Below, piece after piece: positions 39,313 to 54,841 of a stretch of 64,000 nucleotides of DNA. The notes beneath the pieces were generated by a model. The model saw only the letters and a list, made by a program, of their open reading frames with translations, was not told the DNA's origin and did no database searches. Position 1 is the stretch's first letter; every line of letters starts with the position of its first letter. The translations under genes and the position numbers were made by a program. Source of the DNA: Piromyces finnis finn (lineage: Eukaryota > Fungi > Neocallimastigomycota); contig MCFH01000009.1 of the NCBI GenBank assembly GCA_002104945.1, forward strand, positions 1,054,001-1,118,000, written 5' to 3'.

Positions 39313-42300
39313 TTAGAGATAACCAAAGCCATTGTTTAAATTTTTCTTAAGAAAATAGCTCTCATCAAAGGTTTCAGAATAGAATTCGTTATAACTAATT
39401 TCAGAATTCTCTTTGAATTCATCTTTTTTATCAGATAAGGTACTACTGTTTATTTCGGAGGTTTCAGGTTCAACAATATTATTTTTATGATTAAAAATGG
39501 AATTTATTTTTTGTTTTTGATTTGAAAGGAAATTCTTTAGACTCTTTTTGCTTTTCTTGGAAGAAGAATTATCTTTTTCAGTACTCTCTGTTTCTTCTAT
39601 ATCGTTCATAATTAATATATTAACTGTACCTTCTGTTGGACTACTATTACAAGAAATAATTTTTTCATTTTCTTTTTCTAATTCATTTTCAATTTCTTCC
39701 TCGTCTTCATATTTGCTTTCATCATCATCATTTTCTTCTTTAATTTCAATATCTTTTTCTTCTAAATTTTCGGAATTCTTCTTACTTTTATTATTTTGTG
39801 TTAAATTTTCTAAATATTCTAAATAAACTAAGTCTTCTTCATCTTCAATTGGATCTAATAATGAGTTTGAAGAAGAACTATGCTCACCGTTATTGGCTTT
39901 CAAAAGAGTAGCTGGTAATACTGGAGATGCGGGCAATTCATTTAAATATCTTGAATATTCTGTATTTGTTTCGGATACTAAAGGAATTTGTAATTCTTTT
40001 TCATTTTGTTTTTTACTAGAAAACTTTGAAATATTAAATTCTCTTTCATCTTTTTCATTTTTAGTATGAATAATTCTATTGAAATCTTCCTCTTCTATCT
40101 CGTTTTCTAAATTAAAAACAGTAGTTGGAAAATCAGTTTTCTTTATACTATTCTTTCTATCATCTGAATTTGATCCAAACATAAAAGAATTGTCTGTGTT
40201 ATTGATGTCACACCAAAAAGAACCAGAACTATTTTTCTTTAAGTTTATTTCGTAAATATCACTGTTATTTGCTGTCACTGAATTTTCCATTAATAATGAT
40301 TCATATTCAAATGGATTAACAACATCACTCATATTGATATTATCATTATTATTAAACAATGCGTTTAATTTTTTTATTTCTTGAGTAATATTTAATTCAG
40401 TTGTTTTTGAAATAGATGTATCATTGGAAATATTTCCAAATAGATCTAATGAATAATTAATATTACTTGTTGTTCCAGTAATGGTAGTTGCAGTATCTTG
40501 AGATTTGTTAATAAATGAAAAGTTTTCTTTAAGAAGATCTTCACTTTCTAAAATATATTTCTCAGAAAAGTTCTGCTGAATGCTGTTAATAATTGTATCA
40601 TTAATTTCTTCAATACTTTTCATTACACCATCTTCCTTACTTTTCTCCTTTTCTAACTCTTTAATAAAAATTTCGTTTAATTGCAATTTTTCGATTTCTT
40701 TTTGGATTTCTTTTATTTCTTTTTCTTCTTTATGATAATCTATTTTATCTTCTAAAGCTTTATCTATAATATTTATAATATCAGAACAATTCATTTGGTT
40801 TTCTTCATCTTTACTTTTAATATTATCATTTATATTCCTTAATTTTAAAGATTTTACTTTATTTTTTTCTTCTTTAGATTCATGTTTTGAATCAAACATA
40901 ATGAAAGCCATTTCAATTGAAATTATTTCTTTAATAAATTCTTGTAATAGAATATATGAAAATAAAAATTGATTTTCTTCATATGAAATATTTAATAATT
41001 TAGTATAATCTTTGAAAGAACAATTATAAAAAGATTTATTTAAAATGCATTCATAAAAATGATCAAAAAACATTTCTTGCTTTATGTACTTTAATTTTTT
41101 TGAAAAGTTTTCAATGGTTAAGGAAACTTTATTTGCGTAATCAGATAATTTTTTTAATACTTGGAAGAATATAGAACTTGTGTGATCGTCATTTTTAAAT
41201 AATTTTATATGAAATTCATCATTAATAAGATAAAATAAACAACTTATACAACCAGTTAATAAAATATTATGTTCATAATCATATCTAAAAAAATTCTCTA
41301 AACAATGGATCAATTCTTTACAAAAGTTTGTTTTGATTTCTGAAGAAAGTAACATAAATTTATCAACTTCATTATCATTTTTATCCTCTGTTATTTCATT
41401 CCATGACATCATAATTTTAATACAATTTTTTATACGTTCATGGGATTCATTAACATAAATATTAGTTGGACAAATATTATAATATTCAGTAGTGGCTTTA
41501 ACCTTTAAGTTTTCTTCTTTTTCTATTAAGTCAAATTCATCGTTACTGGTATGATTTGAAAATATTTTTTCAATTGAAGTTGAAGGTGAAATGAATAAAG
41601 ATTCATTGCCAATTAAAGTTTCTTGACTAATAGAATCCTCATTCTTTTGAAGAATGTTATAATTATTATTTATATTTTCTAAAGAACTATTTTTACTTGA
41701 TATTAGTGAATTTGGTATAATTTGATCATCTTTAATATCATGGATAAGGAAATATTTATTTTCAACACCATTTAAAAATAAATCAAATTCATCTTTTGTG
41801 TCAATTACATCTTTGGGTATCAATTTAATTAAACTTAATATAAAAAATGAAATTAAGATTATTAATTTTTTTTTAAAGAAAATATTATAATTTAAATTGT
41901 ACTTACTGTAAAATAATATTATAGAAAAAGATGTTACACTTTTTGACTTTTTCGTCATAAAATTCTTTTATTTTATCATCGTTTATGTAATCAGAATTCT
42001 TTTGTTTATATTTTTCTAGATTATATATCTTTTTATTATCTAAAATGAAATTAGATATAATATATCTATATACATAATAGTCATATCCAGATAGCATATT
42101 ATATAATAACTTTAATGTTTCAAAAGATAACTTTTTAAGAATATTAAATATATTTTATTTTAAAAAATAAAAAAGATAAATAAATAATTTATACATAAAA
42201 TAAATATTTTAAGAAAAATCTAATTACAATGATACAAATTATTAATTCACTTACAATTTTATCTTCTGTTTGATTAATTCTTTTTAATACTAATTTCTGA

Positions 42301-44539
42301 TTTTTCCATATAATTAAAAATAGTAATTCTTTTATTTTTGGTATATTTGATTTACAATATAAATCGTTAATGCATATAGTTGAGTTTAATGCAAATCTAA
42401 ATATATGAATAGAAAAATATATAAGATATTTGAAATAATATTAGTATAGCATCGACAAAATGATTAATGAAATTAAAAATCTAAATTTAACTTACTCTTC
42501 ATTTTGAAAATCTAATTGAATAAAAGAATTTATTACATATTGTTCAAATTTTTCAAGATATTTCCAAAATACACACTAAAATAAAAAGTACAAATATATA
42601 TTTATTTGAATTAGAAATAATGAAAAAAATAAAAAGTTATTTCATTTTAAAAGTATATTAACACTAAAAATATAATATGAAGTACTATTTACTTACTTTA
42701 GGAGAACGTTCTAATATAATATTAATAAATGTCCAATAAGAATGTAAACGTTCGTTATATTCATTTGAATTGTAAGAATAATTTGTTTTCAAAATTGGAT
42801 ATTTAGTTTTTATAGCTGATATATATGATTTCAAAATGTGTTTACTATGTTTTGGATGGAAGCTTATATTTTGTTGATACATATATATATTCATTATATT
42901 ATGTAAGTCATTTTCTTTATTATTTGATGTTGGTAAATTAACAATTGTAGCTGCGTAAAGTAATGCAAATTGTTCATTCTTTAATTATTTTAAAAAAATA
43001 AAATAAGATAAAACATGTATATATTAAATATTATATAAGTTTAGTTAAACATTTATTATTGTATTATTGTTTTTTGATTTTATTACTTACAATAATTTCA
43101 AAAATCGATGATTTGTCCATTATATAGAGAAGAATTTCTTCTTCGATACTATTTATATGATGAGAATCCACGACATCAGAAAACCGAATAAGACTCATAT
43201 CATTGCGTTTATTTGTTTTAAAAACATCATTAAAGTTATCTTGATGAATAAGTTCATTAGTGGCGAAATAAATAGATTCTAATTTAGTTAATAAATCCAT
43301 TCCTAACAAAACTGTCTGATCATATAATGAAAAGCACTTTACATTATCTGAAAAAAGTTTAAATAATATATCAAAAATTAGAAATTGAGATGACACATCC
43401 GGAGACATAGCAAATTCACAATTATAATTGGATTTTGATTCATTGAAAATTTTTTTATTATTATAAAAGAAAGAAACATAAGATGGATTATTATTTAACT
43501 GAACAAATATAGTATTGATTAACTTAATAAGAGAAATTTTGATATCATTATATGAATCATGGTAATTTTTTGAAGAATATAATTGAAGCTTTGGGAAATT
43601 TAATGAAATTAGTAATAAATTATGAAATGATGTCCTAAAATTTAATTCTGGGAATAAATTTAAAAAGATTGTTTCACAGGATAGAATTTTCTCAAATAAT
43701 TTCAATACTTCTAAATGCATTCCAATTGGAACCTTTTTATATTTGAATAATTAATTTTTGGATTAAATTAAAAAATAAATAAATACATTACTTAATTTTT
43801 AACATATTATATATATATAAAATAAAAAAAAAAAAAAAATAAAAATAAAAGGTTAATAATACATTTTTTGTAGCATGATCAACCAAATTTACTGCAATTC
43901 GTTTTTCGATAAAATATTCCAAACAACCGTCAGGATTATAAGATTTTAATCTATTTTCATTAGATGAATTCCCAGTTTCATTAATAATACATTTACCTTT
44001 TTAAATAAATATATAAATAAATATTATAAGTATTTTTTTTTCTTTCTATTTATAAATAGTTTTATAGATTCAAAATAATATTTATTATACTAAATAAAAA
44101 TAATGAACATACTTAATTGTTTTAAACTTTTAATCAGAATATTGATTATTATAATAATAATTATATAATTTTTAATAATTAATTATAAAATATATTTGAG
44201 TTATTGTACATTTTAATAATTATAATTATACAAACTTATGAGTTAAACCAGTCTGAGATATTTGTTTTGTGCTGTTCATAAAACCTTTATAATAATAAAC
44301 TTGAATTTGATGCCAATTTTCGATAAATATATCTTTATTGGTTTTTTCTTTTTTCTTTTTTGTTAAAAAAAATATTATATATTAATTAATATTATATAAT
44401 TTGAAAAAAATATTAATAATAAATCATATTCAAAGAAGAAAAAAAAAAAAACATTATATTACTATACCTTTGAATGTGTAAATTTTCTCCAATAATCCCA
44501 TTTTGTTGAACTTTTAATTTTCTTTTCACCATTTAACAT
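39313..44539 (-). CDS. FHIP/FAM160 (RAI16-like, FTS-Hook interacting) protein with acidic low-complexity C-terminus; multi-exon
   Basis: N-terminal exons give DIFIENWHQIQVYYY and DGCLEYFIEKRIAVNLVDHATKNVPIGMHLEVLKLFEKIL, resembling the FAM160 pattern DFxxHWxxI..PCMEY..PPGMxxxVLxFxxKLL. The C-terminal part has NILLTGCISCL and ILLQEFIKEI. The start exon is 44539-44468. Confidence 0.72.
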
Positions 44540-45720
44540 TTTTGAATTTATATAAATTTTATAATATAAAAAAGTATTCGGTTGTTTTTATAAATATGAT
44601 TTTTTGTTAATTTTATCAATTTTCACAACTATTTAAAATTGTTAATTATGAAATAAGTAGTAATTAAATTGTTATATATAATATATATTATTATATATTT
44701 AACATTAAATTATATTTTTATGAATTGTTACTGGCTATTATATATTTAATTTTTAAAAATAAATAATACTTTTTTTATATATTTTTTTAAAATTTAGAAT
44801 TTTATTTTGATTCTTTTCATTTATCTTTTTTTTTTTTTTTTTAGTATAATGTAATATATATATTACTTATTGAATATTTTAAATTTTTTTTTAAAACGAA
44901 AAAAATCAAAAGTTTTTTTTAAAAATTAATGTTTTTCTTTTTTATTATTTTCTAAACATTGATGTTCCTTAAAACATTATTGTGAAAAAAAAAAAAAAAG
45001 TTAAATAGTAAATAACAAAAAATACAATTATATATTTTGTATAGCAATGTATCACATTCAAAATTCATAAAATCATAGAAATTATGATTTCCTTACAATA
45101 TTCTTTTTTTTTAATTTGTTAAATAAAAAAGAAAATAATAATAATAAAATGTAAATGTAAACTTTGTAAGAAAAATAAAATATAAATGACGATATTCCGT
45201 GAGCAGTAGTTTTTATAATAACTTTATTTATTATTTTTAACATTACTAACAATAAACATAAACTAAAATAAACTTTTTTTTTTATTAAAAAACTTTAAAA
45301 ATTATATATATATAATGAATTTTACTATGTAATAGAATATTAAATAATTATATATATATATAATAAAGGATTAAATGATATAGCGAAAGGCATTGGTTTT
45401 TTTTTTTTTTTTTTCAAAAAAGTATTAAATAAAAAAAAAGAGAGAGAAAAGTAAATGAAAATCCTTTTTTTTTTTTTTTTTTTTTTACCTTGTAATATAA
45501 ATCTTTTCTTAAAAAAAAGAAAAAATAATATTTTTTATTTATTAATTAATTTATCCATTAACTTTCAATAATTATTATTTGTTATACCAGGACATTTCCT
45601 TTAATTAAAAATTATATTATACAACATAATATAGCATTATATTTTTAATTTTTAATTTTGATATTAATAAAGAAAAATATTAGTAGTATTTAAGTAATAA
45701 AATAATATTTTTTAATTATA

Positions 45721-45751
<31 letters not shown>

Positions 45752-47166
45752 TTATTAAAAGTTTTTTTTTTTTTTTTGTATATTTTAAGGCTTCATTAAA
45801 CTAAATTCTTTTTTTTTTTTTTACCACAATTTTAAAAGGTTTTTTTTTTTTCAATTAAATATTGCATTTATTTATTTTTAATATGTAATATATATAATAT
45901 ATATAATATATATTTGTTCCAGAAATCTAAAAAACAACAATAAAAATCAGAAAAAAAAAAAGATTTTTAAAGTTTTAAAGATTCTAATGTAAGAAACATT
46001 TAGTATAAAATAAACTTTAATGTTTTATTAAAAATTTTAATTTATTTTTATATATATATTGTTATATATGTTTTATATAACATAGTATATTATAGATGAT
46101 GGATAAAAAACATTTATAATAAGTATATTTGTAACAAATGTATAATTTTTACCAAGTTGTAGTTGTAAATATATTTTTAATATGTTGAATTATATATTTT
46201 ATATGACTTAGATTTAAAAGATAGTAATAATATTATATGTATAATATATTACTATAATATATTTTTAAAACAAAAGTTTATACCCACAAAAATTAAATGT
46301 TAAAAAAAAAAATTATGAATTAGTTAATAATAAAAACTATCCTTTGAAATTTCAAATATATATATAATTTTTAAAAGTATCAAAAGTTTTATGCAAATTT
46401 AATAATTTATTTTGTTTGACAAAATAATTTGAAATGGAATTATTATTTCATTAATATTAAATATTATAAAGATTTATATATACCAATATTTATCCTTGTT
46501 CCTAATTATTAAAGTCTTTCTATTATATTACATTCTCTTTATTGAATTTATATTATTTTTTTTAAAATGTTTTATTTTACGAACTTTCTTATTTTTATTA
46601 GTATTTATATTAAAAATATTATTTTATTTTTAATTTAATTTAATCATTAAAATATTAAAAAAAAAAAAAAGGTATAGATTATTGTTTGTTTAATAAAATA
46701 TGTATGGAAAAATAAAAAAACTTATTGTATGAAAATGAAAAAGATAATAAAATTATATAAGCTGTGATATTATTTTTATTATTATTATTTTATTTTTATA
46801 CCATTCTCAATTTATTTTAAAAAATGACAAAAAATAAAGGTATAAAAATATATATAATAATATTTTATTTTTATTTTTGTTGTTGTTGTTGTTGTTGTTG
46901 ACATAATAAATTAATATATTTATTTAATTAAAAAATTTTTTATTAAATGAATAATCCTTTTTTTTTTTTTTAACATCAAAACATTATCGTCATTTAAAAA
47001 TAATTACATTTTCTTTTCTTTTTATAATTATATATATTTTTATTTTATTAATTTATTTTAGTATAGTACATGTTTTAATTATTTTAAAATATTAAATTAT
47101 TTATTAAAATGTATTTAGATAATATTATTATATAAAAATATTAGCCTTTTAAAAATAAGGTGTTTG

Positions 47167-47181
47167 TTATTATTATTATTA

Positions 47182-47257
<76 letters not shown>
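47167..47257. repeat. (TTA)n microsatellite, one interruption
   Basis: About 30 tta units with a single g, downstream of the RhoGEF stop. Confidence 0.9.
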
Positions 47258-47260
<3 letters not shown>

Positions 47261-47497
47261 AATTTATATTATAAAAATAGAAGAATAAAAAAAAAGTTTA
47301 TAATTGCTCTTATTCTTCATATTATTATAATTAAAATGATAACTGGTTTTATTACTATTTTTATTATAAATATTAATCTTCAATCTTTTTTCTTTTTCTT
47401 TTTTTTTTTTTTAAATATATGTTATACTTTTCTAATAACAATAATTTATATTATTTCTATATATTACTGATTATTAAAAATGATAGTTTTTTAATTT

Positions 47498-47528
<31 letters not shown>

Positions 47529-47539
47529 GTATTTATAAT

Positions 47540-50500
47540 TTAAAATTGATAATTATTTGATTCTGTGAAAGATGTATTTTCATTTCTTTTTTTAAATCCA
47601 GAATTTAATTGAGTACTGAATTCTGTATTTATTAATTTAGATGAATATTCAGATGTAGGGTATACAGTTGGTTTTAATACTGCTTCATCAAAATTAGCAT
47701 AAAGATTAAGAGATAATCCTTCCTTTAAATTTGGAGACATAGAAGATGTAGCAGATGGGCGTATTGCATTAATATCTTTTATTGAATATTTTGATGTATT
47801 ATTTATAGTATTTGTATTTGTTAATATATTTACTTTGGTTAATGGTTGAGTGAATGGTATTGGAATGTCTGGTAAATTTGGAATAATGTAAGAAGTGGAA
47901 GATTCTACATCACTATTACTGTCATTATTATCTAATTCTTGTTCTAATTCTTTACTTTCATTATCAGATATTTCTAATGATTTTTTTTCTTTTAATGAAT
48001 GATCATCTTGCTTTTGTTCTGAAGATGTTAAACTATAGTTATCAATAGAACTATCAAATTGGAATAAATAAGGATACTTTGCAAGATCTTTAAGTTCAGA
48101 CATGATAGAAGAGGTAATTGTTGAAGATAAAGATGAAATTTCAGGAAGAGAAGGAATATTTAAAGACGATTTCTGATTGATATTATCTTTTGGTTTTGTT
48201 GTTTGAGAATTATTATCTTTAAATATTCCTGTTTGTGTGGCAATTGAAGTAGTAGTAACTGATGTTCGTCTATTAGTCAAATATGATGGAAGCGAGTTTG
48301 ATCTTTCTCTTTCTGGTTTTACTGACAAAGTCATTTTTCCGACTTTTGGAATTTGAATCTTTTCTAAACTATAATCAAAGGATGATTTTCTTTCAGGAAT
48401 GGAAATATTCGATTTTGAAGGAAGAATAATTGGGTTTTTTGATTTTGATGGTATTGCTAAATCTAAAGAAGAGAGAGATAGAGAGAATTGCGGAATATCG
48501 AGTGAGAGAGATATAGGTTCAAATGTACTAGTTCTTTTATTATTGTCATTTTCAGTTTCAATTTTCTCATTTTTGTTATCAACAACATTAAGATAGGAAT
48601 TTTCATCATTATCTTTCTTTGAGTAAGTGGTTACTGGAACACTACTGGAAGTTTCAATTTCAGTCACCGCGCTTTTTGGAGATATAACAGTAAAATATGG
48701 TTTTACATTTGAGGATGGTTTAATCTCTTTTTGTTTGATTGACTTATCCTTGTAATATGGTTGAAGATAATAATCTATTTCTTTTTGTTTTTCTTCCTCC
48801 GAAGAATTAGTTGTAGGAACGCTGATCGAAGTTTCATTACTATTATTATGCTGAATTTTATTATTATAAGGACATAAACTATTATCCGTACTCTTTATGT
48901 ATTGCTTATCATTCAATATATTTTGTTTTTGGAATTCAGAATTGATAAGATTATTTGCAGAGGAAGAAGAGTTGATAGTAATATCTATAATACCTTCTGA
49001 TAATTGATTATCTTCATCATCACTACCAATAGATGATACGGATGATATTGAATATCTTATAACAGCTGAGGATTTGCGACGATTATCTAAAGAAGACACT
49101 TGTTGATGACTTTCATAGGAAGAGTTAAATGTTGATATACTATCTGGAAGGAATTTTAAGTGTTGTTGCTTTTTCAAAAGTTTCATTTGAATTTGTTGAA
49201 GAGGCTGATCGTCAGAAGAAATAGAATTACCAATATTAGTGTCAATTTGTTGTTTTTGTTGTAAAAGTTTTATCTGAATTTGTTGAAGTGGCTGATCATC
49301 CGAAGAAAGAGAATTAGTTGTCATAATTTCATCAGTAGTAGTAGTAGTAGTGATAGTTGAGCTATTACCAGAATAAAGAGATGTGGTATCAGCGGAATTA
49401 TCAGAAAGAATATCAGAGTTCTCATTTAAAAAGCTATTAAGAATATCCATTGAAGATATTGGTCTAGAACTTGAAAAAACATTGTTTAAACGATCAGAAT
49501 AGCTAATTGAGGGTGATACATCTTTGGGAATATTTATATTTAATTTTGGTGAATTTAATTTATTAGGTTCTTTCTCTGCTTTATTTTCTTCTATTTGTCG
49601 TTCAGTAAATGAACTAATATCAGGCTTTGCTATCAAAGACACTTCTGAATTTGATTCTGATATTAATGAAACATCTTTCTTTGAATCTAAAAATGTGGTA
49701 TTTTCTTTTTTTGTTAATGGAATTAATGATAATTTCTTATTAAAAGATTTAGAAAACTTTCTTTTATGACTAAATAATTTACTTTTTATTTTTTCTGCCT
49801 TACTTTCTTTATTATAATTTGAAGTTAATGGGATCTTTGGTAATTCTTTATTAATTGATGTGGAAAGAGATGGCGATCTTATATTAGTTGAAGATCCTTT
49901 ATCATTATATCCCCCTTTATCTAAATTAGAAAAAGCTGGAATTGATACTGATGATTTTAATGTTGGCGTTTTCATATCAGGAGATAAATTAGAATTAGTA
50001 TCATCTACATTTATTAGTGGTGCTTCATGTATGCCAGAGGATACATGATTATGAACAGATTTAATTTCTGCATCTATTATGTTTTTATTTTTTATTTGAA
50101 CGGATTTTAATGTTGGAGTCTTCATATCATCTAATAAAGATAAATTACCTATTTTTTCATTTTGCTTTATACTCGTGTCTTGATTTTCATCTTTATCTAA
50201 ATTATTATAAGAACGTGATGATGATGAAAAATTAATTTCAGACGTTGATGAAGAGGAAAAAGAAATTGATGATGAACATGAAGATGTAGTTGACGATACA
50301 ATTTGACTTTTGGAATAAGATCTTGAAAAAAATAAATCATCATTTTCATTTTCTATTTCTTCATTATCTTTCTTATAATATTTATCATTATCATTGCTAT
50401 CATCTTGATTCTCCCCATCTTTTGGAGAAACCTGTTTCTTTGTAGTTTCTGTATTAATAGGATTTAATGGAAGAGTTGTGATTGAAAATTCAGAAGGTAA

Positions 50501-53500
50501 ACCAATTTTAGGTGAGTTTGAAACATTAATATCTTCTTTTAAATTAGAGTTTAAAGATATAGTTGATTTTGGAACTGGTAATGTTTTTATATCAATTGTA
50601 TTCTCAACGGTTATATTAATTTTTGGTAATGGCTTATTAACATTAGATTGAAGGGAAGACGTTGAATTTGATTCACTTTTATTTTTATAAAATGATGCTA
50701 ATTCACTACTTTCATGAATAGAATTACTATCATTAACTTCTTTAATTTCATTTTTGAGATTAGAACTAATACTTGTTCCTCTATTTCTAGTTTTATTTTT
50801 ATTACCATTAATGGAGAAATAATTAATAACACTATTATTATTTAACGGATATGATGTATTATTATTTTTATTTGTAGTATTATCAAAATTTTGTAAATTA
50901 TTGATAAAAGTTGATTTAATTTGTGGAGAACGTTGTGATGCATTAAAATAAATATTTCCTGAACTAAATTCTGATGTTGGAGAATCTGGTGAATTATATA
51001 TTTCTGTTGAATGTACAGAATGTTGTAAACGAGGGGATATATTATTGATGTGTGCTTCTTGTATTAATGGGGATGATGGAATTGTTTTAATTGAACTTGG
51101 ACGTGAATGGGTATGAGATGCAGTTCCTTGTAATGAGCTATTACTGCCGTTACTATTGGATATATTATTAGTTGAATCACCTAATTTATTATTCATAGGA
51201 TTTAAGGAATCATTTAAACTACTAAGACTTTGATAACTATTAACAGATTTTAAACTAAGAGCAGGTGAATTAACTACAGATTGGGAAGAGTCACCAACAA
51301 TACTATTATTAACTAAACGAAAAATAATTTGATATGGTGATTGTGTTTCCATAACACAATGAAGAGAATTTCTATTGAGATTTTTTAGCTTGTGACATGG
51401 AATAATTTGAACAATTTCACAGGATTCCAAGGAACGTATTTCAATAAATTCTGTATCAAAAGCAAATAAATATTGATGATGAATTGCAAAAACAGAAGGT
51501 ACGCCTAGCCAATAAATCGTTTTATTAGGTCTAGCACGACGACCTAAGCGATTAATAAAAAGAGCAAAATTACTGAAACATAAAATATAACAGTCGTTCA
51601 TTGTTCTAAATATTGATATAGGTTTAATTACAGTATCTTTTCTTTTCATAAAATCAAAGGAAGGGTCAGAAAAATCTATAAGATCTTGAGTTAATAGACT
51701 TTCCATATCAATTACTTGGAATGTTTTCGACCCAGCAATACAAATTTTTGATCTTAAATAATATATGGAATTACATTCATCCTGGATATAAAACTCTTTG
51801 AAAGATTTAACTCTGTCTTTACTATTGTTACTTTTTAAAAGCTTCATTAGACGTCTATTTTTAGAGCTTTGATTATGAGTATATTCAAAAGTACGAATAG
51901 TAGAAGATGAAATGGAAGATTTAACACAAGTAATTAAATAACGACCAAGACATATCCCAACCTTAAAAAAGGTTACATTAGAACACAGTTTTTTTTCATT
52001 TTCAATTGTACTATCAGTGCGATTTAAAATGCTACTAGAATACACATATACTGACTTATCAGATAGAATTACAAAGAATTCCAAATCAGGAAGAATTTCA
52101 ATTTGGTTAATTTTTGGAAGACTTAAGACTTTTTCAAACTGACCATTTCCATCACCTGGTCCAATATATAAACCATTATCTGATCCTATAACTAAATTTT
52201 TATTGAAAAGTAATGCACAATTTGCATGATTAGATACTGTAAAATGAGAACTTGTTCCAAGTGAAATAATATCATATATTTTCATTTTTTCTTGAACGAT
52301 AGATCTTTGGTTTTCAATAGCATCTTTCCATGCTTTTCTATCAGCAAAGCTCATAGCATATAGAACATACATTCCACCTAATCGACCCAATTGAACAAGA
52401 ATCAATGGATATTTATTTATATCTTGATATTGTAAAGAAGTCAAATTACTACTAGAATTTGACTTTAAAGATGAAATACTATTTCTATCTGTATTGGATT
52501 TTGAATTAAAAATAGTTGAGGAGCGTCTTTGATGAAGTGCTTTATCATTTATTATTAAGGTTTCTAATGGAATTGGAGTACGAAAAACTTTATACATTCC
52601 ATTCTTTTTACGTTTTGCTAATACAAGCATATGATCAAAAAGGAAAACAGTCAATTCTGATTCATAACCTTGAATTTTTATATTGAATGTTCCTTCTCTA
52701 ATTAGTTTTCTTCCAGGTGCTGAAAGTTTCAAATCATACCATTCTCCACTATTGAAAATTAATTGATAATTTAATAAATTCAATTTTAAATTATTTTGAG
52801 CTTTTCCCGCCTTTTCATTGATTTGTTGTAAAATATTTTTTAATTTTACAAGTACTTCATTTAAATCTTTATAATCTGGATTAGTTACTGGTGTACGTTT
52901 CAAAATAGCTTCAATCAATAATGGATAACGACCAATTCTAGTTGTTGGTCTTGCTAAAAAACTCTGAATTGGTAATTTTCTAGACTTTGGGTGTCTTTCA
53001 CACTCTTTTAAAAAATCTTTAAACTTAACATTTTTTAATTGTTCTGTTTCTACAATATATTTTCCATAAATCTGTTTAAATCCATATTGGATATATTTTT
53101 CAAAATCTTTGATGCATGCTAAAAATATATCACCAATTCTATTGATAATAGGTTCTTGTTCTTGTCGAACATGAAGTAATTTATAAAAATGATGATTTAC
53201 TAAATATAATTGTGGAATGTTTATAAATGCCTTCTCAATAAAAGATTCCTTTTTTTCACCATCAATGATATTAGAATATCTTAACTTTTGAATATATAAC
53301 TATTTTTATTGGTATTATTAAATAATTCCCATTAAATAATTTAATATTGAAACATAACGAATAAACATAATTATATATTATATATTTGATTTGAAATGAA
53401 TTAAAAGGTTTTTTAATTTTTATTTTTATATATTAAAATTTAATTATTATTGAGAAAAAAAAAAAAGTACTTTTAAATAACATTAATTGTAAAAAAAATC

Positions 53501-54841
53501 CTTACCTTTTGTATTAAATCTAAATCTTCTACATATTCTCTTTCTGTTTTTATTAGCTCAAAAATTACTTCTTGTCGCTTTCTTTCTGTTTCTGAGACAG
53601 AATTTACAATGTTTTCAGGCATTACAGTTGACCAATATTGATTTTCTGAATTATTATTATCAATTTTATTCATTATTTTTTCTGCTAAAGCAGTGGTTCT
53701 GGCAACATGATTTAAAAGGTTTTGTTGTTCTAGTCTTCTAGGACATGAAATGCTATAGCACATATTATTTTCTGAACAAGTTGGGGAATAGCATCTAGTC
53801 AATAAAGTATATACCCCATTTGGTAATGAATCTACTTCAGACTTTTTTGCGTTTTCAATAACTTGTTCTTTCTTTTCTTGCAATATCGTATTGTCTTCTG
53901 GTATTCCAGTTTTTTCTATATTATACAAACTTTCGTTAACTACCTCTGGAAAAGTTAAATTAGTTGAAAATTGGTATAACTCATTCGGATTGTCTCTTAG
54001 AAAATGATTATATGTTACATCATGAAAAAAGTTTTGATTTCCTAGAGCGCGTCCGAGTAATAAAGCTAAATTTCTATCCGAGGTTCTAATAATTAGTTTT
54101 AATGTGTCCTATTATAGAATTAATTAATTAATTATTAATTTTTTTAAAAAGAAATTAATTTATCAATAAAATTATTGTAATTTAGTAAATAAATTTATAT
54201 AATATTATATTTTTTTATTATTAATTAATAAAACCAAATTTTATACGAAATAATTGAAAGAATATATAAATTTATATATTTAATTTTTTAAATTTTATAA
54301 TAATTATTTAATTATTTGATATTTACCACTGCATCACTTCCTCTAAAACAATTTGTATACTTTATTGAATCTTTAATATATGAAGCAACGGGAACATATT
54401 TCATAAACACTGTAGCTACATTTGAAAGAAGTGCAGGATTTACAATTGGAAAATTTATTTTAACTGGAATATTACTTAAGTTTGATAATTGAGGTTCAGA
54501 CGTATTTCTACGAGTAGTCATTTGTTTAATATTTTCTATCGAACTACTACCTTTTTTATTTGTATAGGAATACGATTTTATTTGATTTTCATTATTTCCT
54601 ATTATTAATTTATTAATTTATTTATTTTTTATTAATTTATTTAATTATTTATTAATAGGAATTTGAAATTAGAAAGTTTTTATTATTATTTTAAACCATG
54701 CAACTATGCAACTTATACAAACATATACAAACATATACTTTTTTAATTATAATTATTATTAAAATTACCTATAGAACCATTTCTAGGTCTTGAAGAAATC
54801 CGAGCTTCGGAAAAAGAGTAATTTAGATTATCTTTATTCAT
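47540..54841 (-). CDS. ROM2: Rho1 GEF, Rom2/Rgf1 family (DEP-DH-PH-CNH) with a long Ser-rich C-terminal extension
   Basis: Start exon is 54841-54769. DEP: YIKDSIKYTNCFRGSDAV, ALLLGRALGNQNFFHDVTY. The Rom2-type motif CYSPTC..CYSISCPRR is present. DH: RQEVIFELIKTEREYVEDL, FLARPTTRIGRYPLLIEAILKRT. PH: FLFDHMLV. CNH: LVIGSDNGLY..WLGVPSVFAI..FIEIRS. Confidence 0.93.
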
